42,822 bases of DNA from Anaerolineales bacterium (GTDB taxonomy: Bacteria; Chloroflexota; Anaerolineae; Anaerolineales; UBA4823): NCBI GenBank assembly GCA_036507795.1, contig DATCIL010000401.1, positions 1 through 42,822 on the forward strand, given 5' to 3'. A program made the translations under genes and the position numbers. The notes beneath the pieces were generated by a model that had not been told where the DNA came from, did not search any database, and saw only the letters and a list, made by a program, of their open reading frames with translations. Shown one piece after another: positions 41,894 through 42,822 of this stretch (position 1 is its first letter; each line of letters opens with the position of its first letter).

Positions 41894-42658
41894 CTAGGAT
41901 GAAAAATATGCTACCAGCTGGTTAAGATGGAGCACACCATCAAAATCCAGACCTTCGCCGCCTTGCTTCAATGCCCCGAGCTCACCATCCGGATCACCCA
42001 GTGCCGTAACGACAATGTCCCCGTCGCCGACGTCTTCCCTTTCGGTATAGTGGTTCGTGGTGACAACGGCGGGCATCCCGGCGGCTTTTGCCGCAAGAAC
42101 CCCATTGCGAGAATCTTCGATGACCAGACATTCTGCCGGCTTCAGGCCGGTCCTTTCCAGCGCCAGGTTATAGATATCCGGGGCGGGTTTTTTGTTTTTG
42201 ACCACATCGCCCGCCAGGACGAAGTCGAAATTAATGTCCTTCAGGATCTTGTAAGCCACGGCGTGCGCCGAGCGCTCGTTAGATGTGGTGCACACGCCCA
42301 GGACCAGCCCGGCATCGTTGACTTCCTGCATAAAGCGCTTCACGCCAGGCCTGAGCGGCAGCTCGCCGCTCTCGATCATGTCCACGAAGATCGTGGTTTT
42401 GCGCTTATGCATCGACTTAATCAGGTCATCCTCTTCCTCAGGTTTGACCGGCACGCCAAAACCCTTACTGTGCAGGTGGTGCTTCATGCGCTCCTTGCCG
42501 CCGGCGACCTGGAGCAGCTCGTGGTAATATTCTACATCCCACTCGAAATCGTAACCAAACTCCTTGAAGGTTTTGTTGAATGCCACACGGTGCCCATCCC
42601 GTTCGGTGTCGATGATCACCCCGTCCTGGTCGAAGAATATTGCTTTAATTTGTGCCAT
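41894..42658 (-). CDS. HAD-superfamily hydrolase, CbbY/beta-phosphoglucomutase-like
   Basis: FFDQDGVIIDTE (DxD motif I), CTTSN (motif II) and IEDSRNGVLAAKAAGM (motif IV). Confidence 0.88.
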   Translation of the reverse strand: MAQIKAIFFDQDGVIIDTERDGHRVAFNKTFKEFGYDFEWDVEYYHELLQVAGGKERMKHHLHSKGFGVPVKPEEEDDLIKSMHKRKTTIFVDMIESGELPLRPGVKRFMQEVNDAGLVLGVCTTSNERSAHAVAYKILKDINFDFVLAGDVVKNKKPAPDIYNLALERTGLKPAECLVIEDSRNGVLAAKAAGMPAVVTTNHYTEREDVGDGDIVVTALGDPDGELGALKQGGEGLDFDGVLHLNQLVAYFSS

Positions 42659-42688
42659 AGTATGCCTCCTCGCTAACGCATAGATCCT

Positions 42689-42745
42689 CCCCCTTCAAGG
42701 GGGCCAGGGCCCCTGCTCCCCCCTTATCAAGGGGAGCTGGGGGGG
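42689..42745. repeat. C-run/G-run hairpin cluster (CCCCC-TTCAA-GGGGG; CCCC-TTATCAA-GGGG)
   Basis: Direct reading shows two or three short GC-only stems. It lies between the HAD start and the stop of a partial minus-strand ORF. Confidence 0.5.
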
Positions 42746-42763
42746 ATTCTTGTGCCTTGCCGT

Positions 42764-42822
42764 TCAGGCCCCGAAGAACTCCCGGATGATCTCTACGGCC
42801 ATGCGGTTTTCTTCGGCGTTGC
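42764..42822 (-). CDS. 3' end of an unidentified minus-strand gene that continues beyond the window
   Basis: The reverse frame reads ...NAEENRMAVEIIREFFGA-stop and is open to the window edge. It is too short to identify. Confidence 0.3.
   Translation of the reverse strand, partial: NAEENRMAVEIIREFFGA

Noticed and set aside
41927-42676. 249-aa plus-strand ORF
   Set aside because: It is the mirror frame of the HAD hydrolase gene, which carries clear DxD/HAD motifs on the minus strand. The antisense product is rich in Arg/His/Gly/Val and has no motif. The same reasoning rejects 19824-20513, 19879-20343, 28226-28936, 2289-3023, 6159-6851, 6865-7443, 16833-17420, 29037-29639, 29903-30523, 8547-9128, 4523-5074, 859-1329 and 37248-37775.

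Overview
This is 42.8 kb of bacterial chromosome, moderately GC-rich by eye. The gene content (many Hanks kinases, LysM and GT-C envelope proteins) and the intergenic repeat style suggest a Chloroflexota/Anaerolineae-like organism; that is inference only. I can support about 34 protein genes and found no rRNA, tRNA or CRISPR array.

Gene order, left to right:
- a partner-switching pair (STAS fragment plus cNMP-gated PP2C phosphatase)
- two housekeeping phosphoesterases and a TauE exporter
- an isolated pair of cytoplasmic metal hydrolases (thermolysin-like zincin plus ComEC-type MBL protein), followed by a glycine-zipper micro-ORF
- a DHDPS-family aldolase and an AGXT-type aminotransferase
- an ECF sigma factor abutting an OmpR-type regulator
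- a truncated Zn-finger transposase
- OppB plus a 1277-aa TPR-OppC-PQQ-propeller fusion
- an aldehyde dehydrogenase, small membrane proteins, CarD and a DksA/TraR protein
- a GH-otsA-GT4-otsB operon
- a LysM x3 modular wall protein
- two paralogous anchored DUF5666-like proteins, one with a poly-Asp/Glu tail
- an active Ser/Thr kinase
- a GH5-CBM3 / processive GT2 / GT-C-LysM / pseudokinase gene string
- a CbbY-like HAD hydrolase

The noncoding DNA is unusually rich in small repeats. These include ACGNNNN-type heptamer tracts at eight or more loci, a 91-bp tandem repeat, AACCGCGAAG-type hairpins, and a palindromic MITE with a 10-bp target-site duplication.

Best candidates for something undescribed:
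1. the zincin + MBL pair at 4172-7613
2. the cellulose-synthase-like operon with a tethered cellulase, a GT-C-LysM fusion and a pseudokinase at 35063-41780
3. the permease-propeller fusion at 13901-18710
4. the paralog pair with acidic versus Cys/His tails at 31216-32996

All functional calls rest on motifs read by eye. No database search was run.
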